The notes below the pieces were generated by a model. It searched no databases, was not told the origin of the DNA, and worked only from the letters and a program-made list of their open reading frames with translations. The translations under genes and the position numbers were made by a program. This document shows, piece after piece, positions 12,130 through 24,463 of a stretch of DNA of 64,000 bases (positions are counted from its first letter, which is position 1; every line of letters begins with the position of its first letter). Location of the stretch: contig OZ024756.1 of the NCBI GenBank assembly GCA_964016885.1, positions 34,782,001 through 34,846,000 on the forward strand. Direction: 5' to 3'. The DNA comes from Eledone cirrhosa. Taxonomy: Eukaryota.

Positions 12130-12770
12130 TGATTGTGGTGGTGGTGGTGGTGTCAGTGATTGTGGTAATGGTTGTGGTAGCAGTTGATGTGGTAAAGGTG
12201 GTGCTGGTGTCAGTGGTTGTGGTAATGGAGGTGGCAGAAGTGGTTGTAGTAATGGTGGTGGTGGTAGTGGTGACAATGGTTGTGGTAATGATGGTAGTGG
12301 TTGTAATGGTGGTGGTAGCAGTCGATGTGGTAAAGGTAGTGCTGGTGTCAGTGGTTGTGATAATGGTGGTGGCAGAAGTGGTTGTAGTAATGGTGGTAGT
12401 GGTGACAGTGGTTGTGGTAATGATGGTAGTGGCAGTGGTTGTGATAATGGTGGTGGTGGTGGTCATGGCAGTGGTTGTGCTGATGGTGGTGACAGTGGTT
12501 GTAGCAATGGAAGTAGTGGTTGTGCTGAAAATAATGTTGGTGGTGATAGTAGTGGGGTGGATGGAGATTGCAGTGGTTGTGTTGATGGTAAGGATGGTGT
12601 TGGTGATGGTTATTGTAGGGGTAGAGTTGCTATTGCGATGATGTTAGTAGTTTTGCTGAGGGTGGTGGTGATGGTTGTTGTGGTGATGTTGTTGGATAAT
12701 GGTAGTGATGTTAATAGATATGGTAGTAATGATGATGTTGATGATGATCATGGTGGTGGTTGGGAAGTAA
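12130..12770. repeat. (GTG/GTA/ATG)n triplet low-complexity tract with internal duplication
   Basis: Gives poly-Val on + and poly-Thr on -. The block GTAGCAGT(T/C)GATGTGGTAAAGGT(G/A)GTGCTGGTGTCAGTGG occurs twice. Confidence 0.9.
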
Positions 12771-13023
12771 ACTTTCTGTTATTTAATTACTTCTACAAAT
12801 TTAACAGTTTATTATTATTATTATTATCATCATCATCGTTTAATTTCTTATTCCAGAGAAGATCTCTTTGAAAATTAATAGCTTCTATAGATATTGTCAC
12901 AGCTTCCACTTACCATATATCATGGCCATATATGATATATATATTCTATGTATATAAATATATATTTTATGTATATATATATTATGTATTATGTATGTGT
13001 GTATGTGTGTGTATATATATTTT

Positions 13024-13066
<43 letters not shown>

Positions 13067-13953
13067 TTGTGTATATATATTTATGTGTATGTGTGTATAT
13101 ATATTTATGTGTATGTATATATGTATGTATATGTATGTATGTGTATATATATTAACCCATGCTAGCATGGAAGATGGACGTTAAACGATGGTGATGATGA
13201 TATTTATGTGTATATATATATATAAATATGTGTATGTATGTACATCAATGTATATGCATTTATATATAAGTAAGTGCATGTGATTTTATGTTTTGAATTT
13301 TGTTTTAATTAAAAAAAAAAGATTTCTTTCCAAATAATTTAATATTCTTAAGAAAAATAAACTGCAGGGTATTGAGAGGGTGGAGGAAAGGAGAGGATGG
13401 TACTGAAAGATAGGTTGAGTAGATAGAAGAGTGAGGTATTGAGGTGTTGTGGGTGGGAGAGGGGTTATTGAGGTATGGTGGGTAGGTTAGATAGAAAGGA
13501 AGATGGGGTGTGGGTGGGAGAGTAAAGCTGGTGGAGGAGATAGATGAACTACATTGTTATTTTTGTTGTTGTTTACTCCTTCCTTATCTATCTTTAAAGA
13601 ACAAACAAACAAGGGTTTTAAATTAATGAGGGATTATTGGTGTAATTATTAGCACCATCACCACCTCCAACCTATTGTAATAATAATAATGATATTGTGA
13701 ATAAAACCATCACCAGCACTATCTCTGATATATGGTAATGGTGACAATAATGCTACAGTCACCACCACCATTACCTCCAACATATAGTTATAATATTATT
13801 AATAATAGTAATGATGATAATAATGCTAGTGATATATGTTTCTGTATGTATTGACATTTAAAATGTTGAAGTAAATTTCTGTGTCATAGTGACATTTCAT
13901 TATAATTATACTGATAATAATGATGATGTTGATTATGGATGTATGTGTATGTA

Positions 13954-14007
<54 letters not shown>

Positions 14008-14078
14008 GTGTGTGTGTGTGTGTATATATATATTAATTTATTAAATGGATTTGATGAGGATGTAGGATGAAGATATCA

Positions 14079-14240
14079 TGGAGGCACATGGCTTAGTGGT
14101 TAGAGCATTGGCCTTGCAATCGAAAGGTTGTGAATTCAATTCTCAGATCGGGTGATGTGTTGTTTCCTTGAGCAAGACACTTTATTTCACATTGCTCCAG
14201 TTTACTCAGCTGTAGAAATGAGATTATAGGGACTGGGGTT
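14079..14240 (+). mobile_element. Family A SINE, 3'-truncated
   Basis: Near-identical to the head and core of 32249-32595; stops at GGGACTGGGGT. Confidence 0.9.
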
Positions 14241-15139
14241 TATAGCAAATATTCCCTATAACCGCGTCAATAATTATATATATATATATATATATATTGA
14301 TGCTGTTATAGGGAACCTATTTGTATTAATTGTTGTTATCGTATAAGTATGGCCACTGCTTTCGGTTGTTTTTCTTGGTGTCACACTTTAACTGTTGTGT
14401 TTACTCTGGATGATATTTAACTTTGCGCTCCATTGAGCTATTTGTGAAATTCCTCAAATAACTCGATTAGTACCTGCTATATTGCAGCTATAAATTCGAT
14501 TCATACCCAATATTACATATATATATATTGCTATATATTTATATATTTCTTTATTGTGTTGTGAATATAGTTTTGAACCTAACATTGTGTGTGTGTGTGG
14601 GATCATTGTTTTGTGCCTGTTTCCCCTGCTAGCATTGGTTAGATGAGTTGTTACAGTCTGAGACTAAACCAAGTCAGTGGGGACCACATCTTGGTCATAA
14701 ATTCCATATTCAACATGGTTTCTACAGCCGGAGACCAACCACTTTACAGTGTGTACTGGGTGCATTTTATTGTCCAAAACACTAGGGCAGTTGTATATAC
14801 TATTGTGTCAATAAATGACACATACATAGACATACACATACATACACAGCCTTTCAACCACTACATTTTTACACCTTTGGAAATTGTAGTCAACGTGTTT
14901 CTTTATATATATTATATACATGGGGGGGGGGGTGTATATGTATATATACACACCCAAACACAGTCATTGATATTGAAACCATCCAAAATGCCATACTAAA
15001 TTATATATGATGTAATATTTTATTTATATTTTGTGGAAGATAATTCTATTTTAAGAATTTTATTTTCTCATATTTTTACAATCCTAAAATGTGTGTGTGT
15101 ATGTATATATATATATATACATACACAGACACACACATT

Positions 15140-15385
15140 TATATATAGACAGTCCACGCTGTAATGTGGCCGTGTAGGCAACACGGTAAAAACCTCCCAG
15201 CCCCACACTGTAAATGTGGTTGGTGTTAGGAAGGGCATCCAGCTGTAGAAAACCCGCCAGACAGTCCTATGCGAGCAAGACAACCACTCTTGCCTCAAGT
15301 GGGAAAAACCCCGTCCAAACCCATGCAAGCGTGGAACAGGGACGTTAAACGATGACGATGATGATGATGATGATGATGATGATAT
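15140..15385 (+). mobile_element. 5'-truncated RTE LINE 3' end
   Basis: Nearly identical to 24140-24358 (3' UTR of LINE copy 2); ends (GAT)n followed by a TA-rich microsatellite. Confidence 0.9.
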
Positions 15386-15395
15386 ATACACACAC

Positions 15396-15463
<68 letters not shown>

Positions 15464-16199
15464 TTATTTATATATATATATATGTTTGTGTGTGTGTGTG
15501 GAGGATACGATGGCTATATGCTGCAGTAGGAAGGATTTGTTATAAATGCCAGCAGCTCTGAAATAATTCTTTATGTAAGGTTAGCTTGAATAGATTACAA
15601 GAGGAAAGAAATTATATGATTATCTCCCTTGGACTTGTTGCGTCTGTGTTAGGGAGGAGGAGAAAGAGAGAGAAATTTGACGTCAATTTTTCTACTCCAG
15701 CATGGGTTAGGCGAGTTGTCCTGTTGTGAGCAATGCCAGGTCAGGTGATCATGTCTTGCCCCCTACAGAACTGAATATATATATATATGCGTGTGTGTCT
15801 ATGTATTTATGTATATATATATGTGTGTGTGTGTGTGTACACACTTATATATGTATATCACCATACGGTTTCAGATAACCTTTTATATTTTCAGTGGTAG
15901 GAAACTGTTTTGTCCTCTCACTTATTTTGTATATATATTAACGAATTATTTCTCTGTCTGTCTCTCTCTCATGCACCCTTCCATCCTGCCCCTCTTTCTC
16001 ACACCTACACACCCACCCACCTTTTCTCCATTTCTCCTGGATGTCTGCCAAACACTGTGTGGTAGAACAGTTATTTATTTATGTGTATGTGTGTGTATAT
16101 ATACATACATAATAATAATATTAATTGATATATATATATATATATATCCGTGTCAAAATATGCTTACAGAATATGTAATGTGATGTGTGTGTGCGTGTA

Positions 16200-16251
<52 letters not shown>

Positions 16252-16374
16252 CATACATATATATATACACTTGTGTGTGTGTGTGTCTGCTTGTTTATTT
16301 GAACCTAAATAGTGGTTGTTGTTAACAAAATCATTTGAGCATTAGGCAAGATGTGATATTTGTTCTAGCTCATT

Positions 16375-16790
16375 ATGTTTGAGTTCAAATCTTGATTAGG
16401 TGAACTATGACTTTTATCCTTCTGGGAGTGGATATAATATGGTACCAGTCAAGTACCGGGGTCAATGTGATTTGAGTTTCCCCTCTTCTAAAATTGCTGC
16501 CCTTGTGCTTATGTTAGAAACAATTATTATTCACAATTTAATGTCTATTTTCCTTGATAGCATGCGCTAGACAGGCTGTTGCATGCTGAGGCTAAACCAG
16601 TGATGTGACTATATCATGCTTATAGTTTCTAGGGCTTCATACCCATGGCCCTTTATGTTTCTAGTTCAAATCCTTTCGTTATTACGTGGTGGATAAAATA
16701 AAGTGCTAGTAATGCACTGGGGTTGATTTAATGGACTTTCCTCTTCCCTTCAAATTGCTGGCCTTGTGCCTAAAGTAGAAACAATTATTA
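16375..16790 (+). mobile_element. Two degenerate family B SINEs
   Basis: Each has (G/T)AGTTCAAATC...AGTAC/TGCAC-(C/T)GGGGT...AAATTGCTG(G/C)CCTTGTGC...AGAAACAATTATT. Copies at about 16375-16531 and 16655-16790. Confidence 0.65.
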
Positions 16791-17230
16791 GAGTAAGAAA
16801 AGGATGGAGAAAGTTCAGGGAGCTTTTACCTCTGTTGACAACAAAAGGTTTCTCTTTATAAAGGAACAGTAGCAAGACATGGCCAATAAATGCAGAGGTT
16901 ATGCAAAGGCTAGCGAGAAATGACTTGAGTTTGTGCAATGCTAATGTTGCATGAACAACTAAGGTTGGATGAGCTGCAAGAAAACCTGGTTATAAGAGGA
17001 ATCAGATGTTGTGTGCAGGAGAGAAGAGAAGACTGCACTGGTATGGTTATGTGGTGTGTATAGATGCTGGTTGTCGAGTGAAGAAATGCCAAGAAATTCC
17101 ACTTGAAGGGAGCTATAGTAGAGAGAGACCAACACTGAAATGCACAGTCAGGTTGATGAAGGACAGTGTGTGGGAAAAGACTCGTCCAACCCATGCAAGA
17201 ATGGAAAAATAGGCATAAAATGGTGTTAAT
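16790..17230 (+). pseudogene. Old degenerate RTE LINE 3' fragment
   Basis: AGAGTAAGAAAAGGATGGAGAAAGTTCAGGGAGCTTTTACCTCTG encodes RVRKGWRKFRELLPL, and RRLHWYGYV follows; both are homologous to the C-terminus of the 20-24 kb LINE ORFs. Multiple indels. Confidence 0.8.
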
Positions 17231-17834
17231 CATAATGTTTAGTTTAGTTTTAGTTTTCATTGTGTTCTCACTGCATTACTGTCTTGGATATGTGCAATGT
17301 TATATTTTCTGTGCTGGTGTCCATCTTGAAAAGAAAGTACTCTATATAATATGTTTGCAGTGCCTTGTAGTGTTATTTTCTGTATATTGTATATAAAGTC
17401 ACAAGGTTTTGGTTATGTATCTGCCTGTGTGCTCTTTTATCTTTCCCTAAACAAGATTGTTTCTGTTTCCTTCATCCATTCACACACTCTCTCTCTGTCT
17501 CTATTTCTAGATATTTCTATTTAAATAGTTTCTATATTTATTTGAGAGATATATTGTCCTCTGTGGGGACTAATACATCAATTGGAATGCATTTCTTTTC
17601 CTGTTGTTCTTTGACTGCATACAATAGCTGGTTGACTTGCGATGATTTCCTAGTCTCTGTTTATTGGCATATGCCAGAGTATGGTTGCTTTACTACAATG
17701 ATGGTGATGATGATGACTTTTAATAATCTGTATTGCAGTTTAGCTGTGTTGTTAATGTTTGAGAAGTAAGACATCTGTGTTAGTCACTATCAATGTTATT
17801 CTGTTGTGTTGACCTAACAGCTATAAATTGGAAG

Positions 17835-17982
17835 ATGTCTGGTCTAATGGCTAGGTTATTGGACTCGTGGTTATAAGGTTATGGGTTCAACCCTGGGCCG
17901 GGTGGTGGGTTGTTCTTGAGCAAGACACTTCATTTTATGTTGTTCCGATTCACTCAGCTGGAAAAAAAGAAATAAGTACCAG
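17835..17982 (+). mobile_element. Family A-like CORE SINE head
   Basis: TGGTCTAATGGCTAGG...GGGTTCAACCC...TTCTTGAGCAAGACACTTCATTT...CACTCAGCTG. Confidence 0.7.
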
Positions 17983-19285
17983 AAGCATGTGGTGGTTGTA
18001 TGGCTATGCTGTGGTAATGATGGTATGGTGGAGGAATTGTGATGGTATGGAAGTGATGATGGTGGTAGATGTGGTATGGTGTGGATGGTAGATGTGGTAT
18101 GGTGCTGTTGGTGGTGGATGGTGGATGTATTGGAGCAGCTACAATATGGATGGTTGCTAGGACACAGAATAGTGTGTGTGTGTGTATGTACTCATGTGTG
18201 TACTTGGCTGCGTGTGTATGTATGTATGTATATTTGTATCTTTGATCAGCAGGCATGCTAGTCATTGATATATAGGCTTAATAATTAGAAACAGTTCAAT
18301 TGTCAGATAGAAAATATATATAAAAAACAAAAACAAAACATTTTGCTTTGACTTATCACAGATATGGAATATTTTAATCTCACTCTCCCCCACTCTCTCT
18401 CACTCTCTCTCTATATATGTATATGTACACATATATATATATATGTATGTATATGTATTTATATATGTGTATGTATATATATATATGTGGGTATGTATAT
18501 ATGTGTGTATGTGTATATATATATTCCAGTAAATGTGTGTAGATCTGTTAGAAGATAAATCTAATCTTGACTTGCCTTCATAAAAAAATATACAGGATTT
18601 AGCTTGAAATAGTGATTTGATTTTAGTTATGGTTTGTTTATTTGTTGAGAGACATGGGTAGTAGGAGGGTGGGTAGTGGCAGATGTGTGGGTGAGATGGA
18701 TAGGGATAGATTTAGTAGTGTGGGACCAGGATGGGTAGTGGTGGGTTATTGTAAGGTGTAGTGTGTTATGCGCTGTGCTGTTGTGTTGCTAGCAATGAAA
18801 ATTAAATGAAATTGACAGCTCACACTAATGCAGATTTGGCTGGCCTCCTGTATGGCTGTATCTCATTGGAGGTTCCTCAAGTGTTCCAATGACAATAAGA
18901 CGCAATGTGAAATGAAGTGCCTTGCTTTATGAGCCCAATATACTGCTTGGTTTGGGAATCAAACCCATGAGTTAAACATCCTTACCATTGGGCAACATCT
19001 TTCACTGTGGCTAAGTGAACAGAAAGTAGTTAACAGGAAAGAAAAGAAAAAAAACAATTCAAGCTGGTAAATATATTTTATGGAATCTTAAAATCTCCCG
19101 AAAGATTGGTCCAAAATTGAATTAGTGTTATTTTTTTGTTGTTGTTTGGTTTTTTAATTCTATTTTATTGGCTGTTATTGTTGTTCCTCCAGTAACAATC
19201 TCTGCCAATGTCTTCATATTTTCAATTTCTTTAGAGGAGAAATAGAAATAAGATCAGTATTAGAATTTCTTAATTCTCTGACTGG

Positions 19286-19397
<112 letters not shown>

Positions 19398-19403
19398 GAG
19401 CAC

Positions 19404-19550
19404 TAGAGCATTGTGCTTGCAATCGAAAGGTTGTGAGTTCAATTCTCGGACCAGGTGATATGTTGTATCCTTGAGCAAGACACTTTATTTCACGTTGCTC
19501 CAGTTTACTCAGCTGTAGAAATGGGATGATAGGACTGGGGTCCCTATCAT
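19404..19550 (+). mobile_element. Family A SINE fragment
   Basis: TAGAGCATTG...GCAATCGAAAGGTTGTGAGTTCAATTCTC...CAGCTGTAGAAATGGGATGATAGGACTGGGGTCCCTATCATT. Confidence 0.88.
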
Positions 19551-19871
19551 TAGATTACCCAAGACATCTCCAACGATATATACCTTGGAGGACGCCAGCT
19601 AAACCTGCATAGGTGTGAGCTGACGCACACGTGCAGTTGCAAGCAGACACCCTCTTGCCCTTCCCATCATTTCATCCAGTGGAACATCGAAGAGGAGACA
19701 AGGTGGTGTCGGTACTGGGCTGGGGGGTTGAAGGATGATACTTTCTTTATCGACTCCTAAAGGATGATAGGCAGAGTGCACCTCGGTTGGATTTGAACTC
19801 AGAACATAGAGACCCAGAATAAATATCCAACACTATAACTCTGCTATATATATATATATATATATATATAA

Positions 19872-21521
19872 GAATGCACCTCCCAACATAGACTGATAAT
19901 TAGCGACCTCATAGTCAGGACGAGACGTACTCGACAGCAGAAGAGGACTATCCTCAGGAGAAAAATATGGAAGCTAAAGGACCCCACAGCGAGAAATAAA
20001 TTTCAAAGCATATTACTTGATGCTTTCGACAGTAAGGAAGAGCATTTAGAGTCGGACAAAGGTAAAGGGGATGCACTAGATAGAGGAAACTATAGAGGTA
20101 TAAAGTTGATGGACCAGGTCATGAAAGTAACAGAAAGAGTTATAGCACAGCTGATTAGGGACCGGGTGAATATAGACGAGATGCAATTTGGGTTTGTACC
20201 AGGGAAAGGCACCACTGATGCGCTCTTCCTTGTGAGGCAATTACAGGAAAAGTACCTAGCTAAAAGTAAGCCACTCTACTTGGCATTTGTCGACCTTGAG
20301 AAAGCCTTTGACAGAGTTCCACGTGCAGTAATCTGGTGGGCTCTTAGAAAACTAGGAGTAGATGAATGGCTTGTGAAAGCGGTACAAGCCATGTATAGGG
20401 GAGCAGTCAGCAAAGTTAGGATTGGCAATGAGTATAGCGAGGAATTTAGCGTACAGGTTGGGGTCCACCAGGGCTCTGTTCTTAGCCCTCTCCTGTTCAT
20501 CATAGTCCTGCAGGCAATAACGGAGGAGTTTAAGACCGGATGCCCATGGGAACTCCTGTATGCTGATGACCTCGCACTCATAGCTGAATCTATGGTAGAA
20601 CTAGAGAATAAATTCCAAACCTGGAAGCAGGGACTAGAGAGAAAGGGCCTCAAAGTCAACATGACAACGACTAAGGTCCTTATAAGTAGACGAGAAAACA
20701 GAACCCAGATCCCCTCAGGGAAATGGCCTTGCTCAGTATGTAGGAAAGGTGTAGGTAGGAACTCCATTCTTTGCCCCAAATGCAAACAATGGGTACACAA
20801 GAGATGTAGCGGGATCTCAGGAAGCTTAATTAAGAATGTAGGATTCACATGCAGCAGCTGTGCTGAAACAGCAAGCAAACAGCCACAGGAAACAAGTACC
20901 ACCAATCTCTGGGAGGGCCCTGTAGAAACAGTAGACAGCTTCTGCTACCTAGGTGACCGAATTAGCAACGGAGGTGGGTGCTCAGAAAGTACAATAACTA
21001 GGGTAAGAACGGGATGGAAGAAGTTTAGGGAACTACTACCACTGCTAGCTGCAAAAGGCTTCTCCCTCAGAATGAAAGGCAGACTGTATGATGCGTGTAT
21101 CCGAACAGCGATGTTGCATGGTAGTGAGACCTGGGCGCTGAAGGTGGAAGACTTACGTAGATTAGAGAGAAACGAAGCCTGCATGCTCCGATGGATGTGT
21201 AACAGTAATATACGTGAACGACAAAGCATAAATGAATTGAGAGAGAGACTGAGCATAAGAGGAATCAAATGCTGCGTGCAGGAGAGGCGGTTACGCTGGT
21301 ATGGACATGTGATGCGTATGAAGGATGACAGCTGCATAAAAAGGTGCAGAGCACTAGAAGTTGATGGAAACCGCGGAGTGGGGAGACCCAAGATGACTTG
21401 GGATGAGGTGATAAAAGCCGACCTTACCCAACTACACCTCTCAAAGTCAATGACACACGACCGTGACTTCTGGCGTCACGCAGTAATACAGGGTACCCGA
21501 CCTCCCATGGGTACATGCTGA
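19872..21521 (+). CDS. RTE LINE ORF: endonuclease C-terminal end, reverse transcriptase with embedded PHD-type finger
   Basis: Stop-free frame from 19872 (ECTSQHRLIISDL, end of the APE endonuclease) through KGKGDALDRGNYRGIKL, QFGF, FVDLEKAFDRV, GVHQGSVLSPLLF, YADD, FCYLG and RRLRWYGHV. No start codon at the truncated 5' end. Confidence 0.88.
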   Translation, partial: ECTSQHRLIISDLIVRTRRTRQQKRTILRRKIWKLKDPTARNKFQSILLDAFDSKEEHLESDKGKGDALDRGNYRGIKLMDQVMKVTERVIAQLIRDRVNIDEMQFGFVPGKGTTDALFLVRQLQEKYLAKSKPLYLAFVDLEKAFDRVPRAVIWWALRKLGVDEWLVKAVQAMYRGAVSKVRIGNEYSEEFSVQVGVHQGSVLSPLLFIIVLQAITEEFKTGCPWELLYADDLALIAESMVELENKFQTWKQGLERKGLKVNMTTTKVLISRRENRTQIPSGKWPCSVCRKGVGRNSILCPKCKQWVHKRCSGISGSLIKNVGFTCSSCAETASKQPQETSTTNLWEGPVETVDSFCYLGDRISNGGGCSESTITRVRTGWKKFRELLPLLAAKGFSLRMKGRLYDACIRTAMLHGSETWALKVEDLRRLERNEACMLRWMCNSNIRERQSINELRERLSIRGIKCCVQERRLRWYGHVMRMKDDSCIKRCRALEVDGNRGVGRPKMTWDEVIKADLTQLHLSKSMTHDRDFWRHAVIQGTRPPMGTC

Positions 21522-21824
21522 AGCATATAAACAATATGCCCCCCCCCCACCGCAAGGTGGTCGTGGAGGTGCCACGGCAAAAAAGCACCCAGCCCACACT
21601 GTAAAGTGGACGTGTAGGCGCCACGAAAAAGCACCCAGCACTCACTGTAAATGAGGTTGGTGTTAGGAAGGGCATCCAGCTGTAGAAATCAAGCCAGATC
21701 AGTTCCTGTATGAGCAAGGCATGGTCAGCCGACCAGACACTGCCCACAACAGGACAACCCGTCTAACCCATGCTAGCGTGGAAGAACGGACGTAAAACGG
21801 TGATGATGATGATGATGATGATGA
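19872..21824 (+). mobile_element. RTE-clade non-LTR retrotransposon, copy 1 (5'-truncated, internally deleted)
   Basis: Starts in (TA)n, contains an RT ORF and a 3' UTR with tandem GTGCCACG..AAAAAGCACCCAG units, and ends in a (GAT)n tail. Confidence 0.93.
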
Positions 21825-24358
21825 GTGGGAATTTCTGAAAGCAAACCTGCTGATGGCGACAGACGAAGTCTGTGGCTGGAGCAGGCCTGTAGGCAGGAGG
21901 AGAGTAACATGGTGGTGGAACAGTAGGGTGGAGGGGTCAATTAAGGCCAAAAAGCAGGCTTGGAAAGTATGGCGGGATGGGGGAAGTAGAGAAGACTATC
22001 AAGTGGCCAGGAGGGAGGCTAGGAGACAAGTGTACTTCGCAAGAAGGGAAGCAGAGGAAAGAAAGTTCAAGCATGTTCTACAACGCGAGGACCAAAAACG
22101 TGAGGTGTTCAGGATTGCTAGGCAATGTGTCAAGGAAAACCGTGATATTGTCGGGGAGAAGTGTGTACTTAATGATGACGGCGTACTTGCCATCACCGAC
22201 GCTGATAAGAAGGTAGCTTGAAAGTGCCACTATGAAAGGCTACTAAATGAGGAGAATAAATGGGAGAAAGACAGTCTCCCCCACATCGACCCAATAGAGG
22301 GACCAGCAGTGTTAGTCGAGGGTAGTATAATAAGTAAGGCAATCAAGGATATGAAGACGGGTAAGGCGGCTGGGCCTTCGGAAATAGTTGCTGAGATGCT
22401 GAAGGCATCTGGCTCGGTGGGACACACCTTGGTCACCCGGATAGTTAACCAAGTCGTACAGAATGGGGTTGTTCCGAAGGACTGGCATAGCAGCATCATC
22501 GTTAACTGTTATAAGGGTAAAGGAGATGCCCTAGATAGGAGTAACTATAGAGGCATTAAACTAATCGACCAGGTCATGAAGGTCACGGAAAAAGTAATAG
22601 CGCAACTAATCAGAGAGAGAGAATTGACCTAGATGAAATGCAGTTCGGGTTTGTGTCAGGCAAAAGTACCACAGACGCTCTTTTCATTGTACGTCAACTA
22701 CAGGAGAAGTACCTAGCTAAAGGTAAACCCCTCTACTTAGCTTTTGTCGACTTGGAGAAAGCCTTCGACAGAGTCCCCCGTTCCATTATCTGGTGGGCCC
22801 TTAGAAAACTAGGTGTCGACGAATGGCTTGTGAGAGCTATACAAGCCATGTATAAAGAAACAGTCAGCAAGGTTAGAATTAACAACAAATATAGTGAAGA
22901 GTTTAGCGTAAAAGTTGGCGTCCATCAGGGCTCTGTTCTCAGCCCCCTACTATTTATTATTGCCCTTCAGGCTATAACAGAGGAGTTCAAGACCGGCTGC
23001 CCATGGGAACTCCTATACGCAGACGACCTGACACTCATAGCTGAATCAATGGCCGAGCTAGAGAAGAAATTCCAAACATGGAAGCACGGCCTAGAATCAA
23101 AAGGCCTTAAAATTAACCTGGCTAAGACTAAAGTTCTAGTTTGTAGGAAAGAAAATAAGGCGGCGGTCCCTTCCGGGAAATGGCCATGCTCAGTGTGTAG
23201 GAAAGGCGTAGGTAGAAACTCCATTTTATGTCCCAAATGCAAAGTATGGGTGCATAAAAGATGTAGTGGGATCACAGGTAAGCTAACTAAGAACTTAGAT
23301 TTTACATGTGGGCGGTGCTCTGGTGCAATAAGTAGCAGCGAGTGCCCACAAAATACTAACTCTTTCAATTGCGCAGAGGGCTCTATAGAAATAGTGGACA
23401 GCTTCCGTTACCTGGGTGACAAAATCAGCAGTGGGGGAGGGTGCTCCGAAAGTACAGTAGCTAGAGTCAGAACTGGATGGAAAAAGTTCAGAGAGCTTAT
23501 ACCACTATTAGCCGCTAAAGGGTTCTCCCTAAAAATGAAAGGCAGGTTGTATGATGCCTGCATACGAACAGCAATGTTGCATGGCAGTGAGACCTGGGCA
23601 TTGTGCGCAGACGATATACGCAGACTAGAGAGGAACGAAGCTTGCATGCTCCGCTGGATGTGTAATAGTAATATACGTGAACGGCAAAGCATAAACGAAC
23701 TAAGGAAAAAATTAGAAATAAGAGGGATCAGATGTTGTTTACTCGAGAGAAGGCTACGTTGGTACGGACACGTGATGCGCATGAAAGTCGATAGCTGTAT
23801 AACAAAGTGCAGGGCAATAAAGATAGACGGTAGCCACGGAATAGGCAGACCTAGAAAATCCTGGGACGAGCTGATAAACTCCGACCTCACACACTTACAC
23901 CTCTCCAAGACAATGTCACTGGACCGAGACCTTTGTCGGTACTCAGTAATAGAGAAGACCCGCCTTACCTAAATACATAGTAAAACCTACTACAGCCAGT
24001 AGGCATCTCTAACAAAATACACCCCCGTCCCACCACCCACACCCCCATCCACACCACCCCCTCCTATGTAAAGTTATGTTGGTGCCACAACATCCAGGCC
24101 GAAACAAATGAGATCGTGTAGGTGTCACGACAAAAAAACACACAGTCCACACTGTAATGTGGCCGTGTAGGCAACACGGTAAAAACCTCCCAGTCCCACA
24201 CTGTAAATGTGGTTGGTGTTAGGAAGGGCATCCAACTGTAGAAAACCTGCCAGACAGTCCTATGCGAGCAAGACAATCACTCTTGCCTCAAGTGGGAATA
24301 CCCCCGTCCAAACCCATGCCAGCGTGGAACACGGACGTTAAACGTTGATGATGATGAT
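21825..24358 (+). mobile_element. RTE-clade non-LTR retrotransposon, copy 2 (5'-truncated), directly abutting the copy 1 tail
   Basis: Begins right after the (GAT)n of copy 1 and has its own distinct 3' UTR and (GAT)n tail, followed by (TA)n. Confidence 0.93.
21826..23972 (+). pseudogene. RTE LINE ORF (linker + RT + PHD-type finger) with one nonsense codon and one frameshift
   Basis: ORF pieces 21853-22221, 22309-22632 and 22638-23972 join via a TGA at 22219-22221 and a slippage frameshift in a (GA)n run near 22612-22622. YADD is intact. Confidence 0.9.
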
Positions 24359-24360
24359 AT

Positions 24361-24463
<103 letters not shown>

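Noticed and set aside
12048-12871. Poly-Val membrane protein-like ORF
   Set aside because: GTG/GTA triplet low complexity, mirrored by poly-Thr on the other strand.
18646-18662. miR-71-like sequence TGAGAGACATGGGTAGT
   Set aside because: Mismatch in the seed, divergent 3' end and no complementary arm for a precursor hairpin.
20276-23908. Antisense ORFs over the LINEs (209, 148, 133 and 166 aa)
   Set aside because: Shadow frames of the RT coding sequence, with no recognisable motifs.
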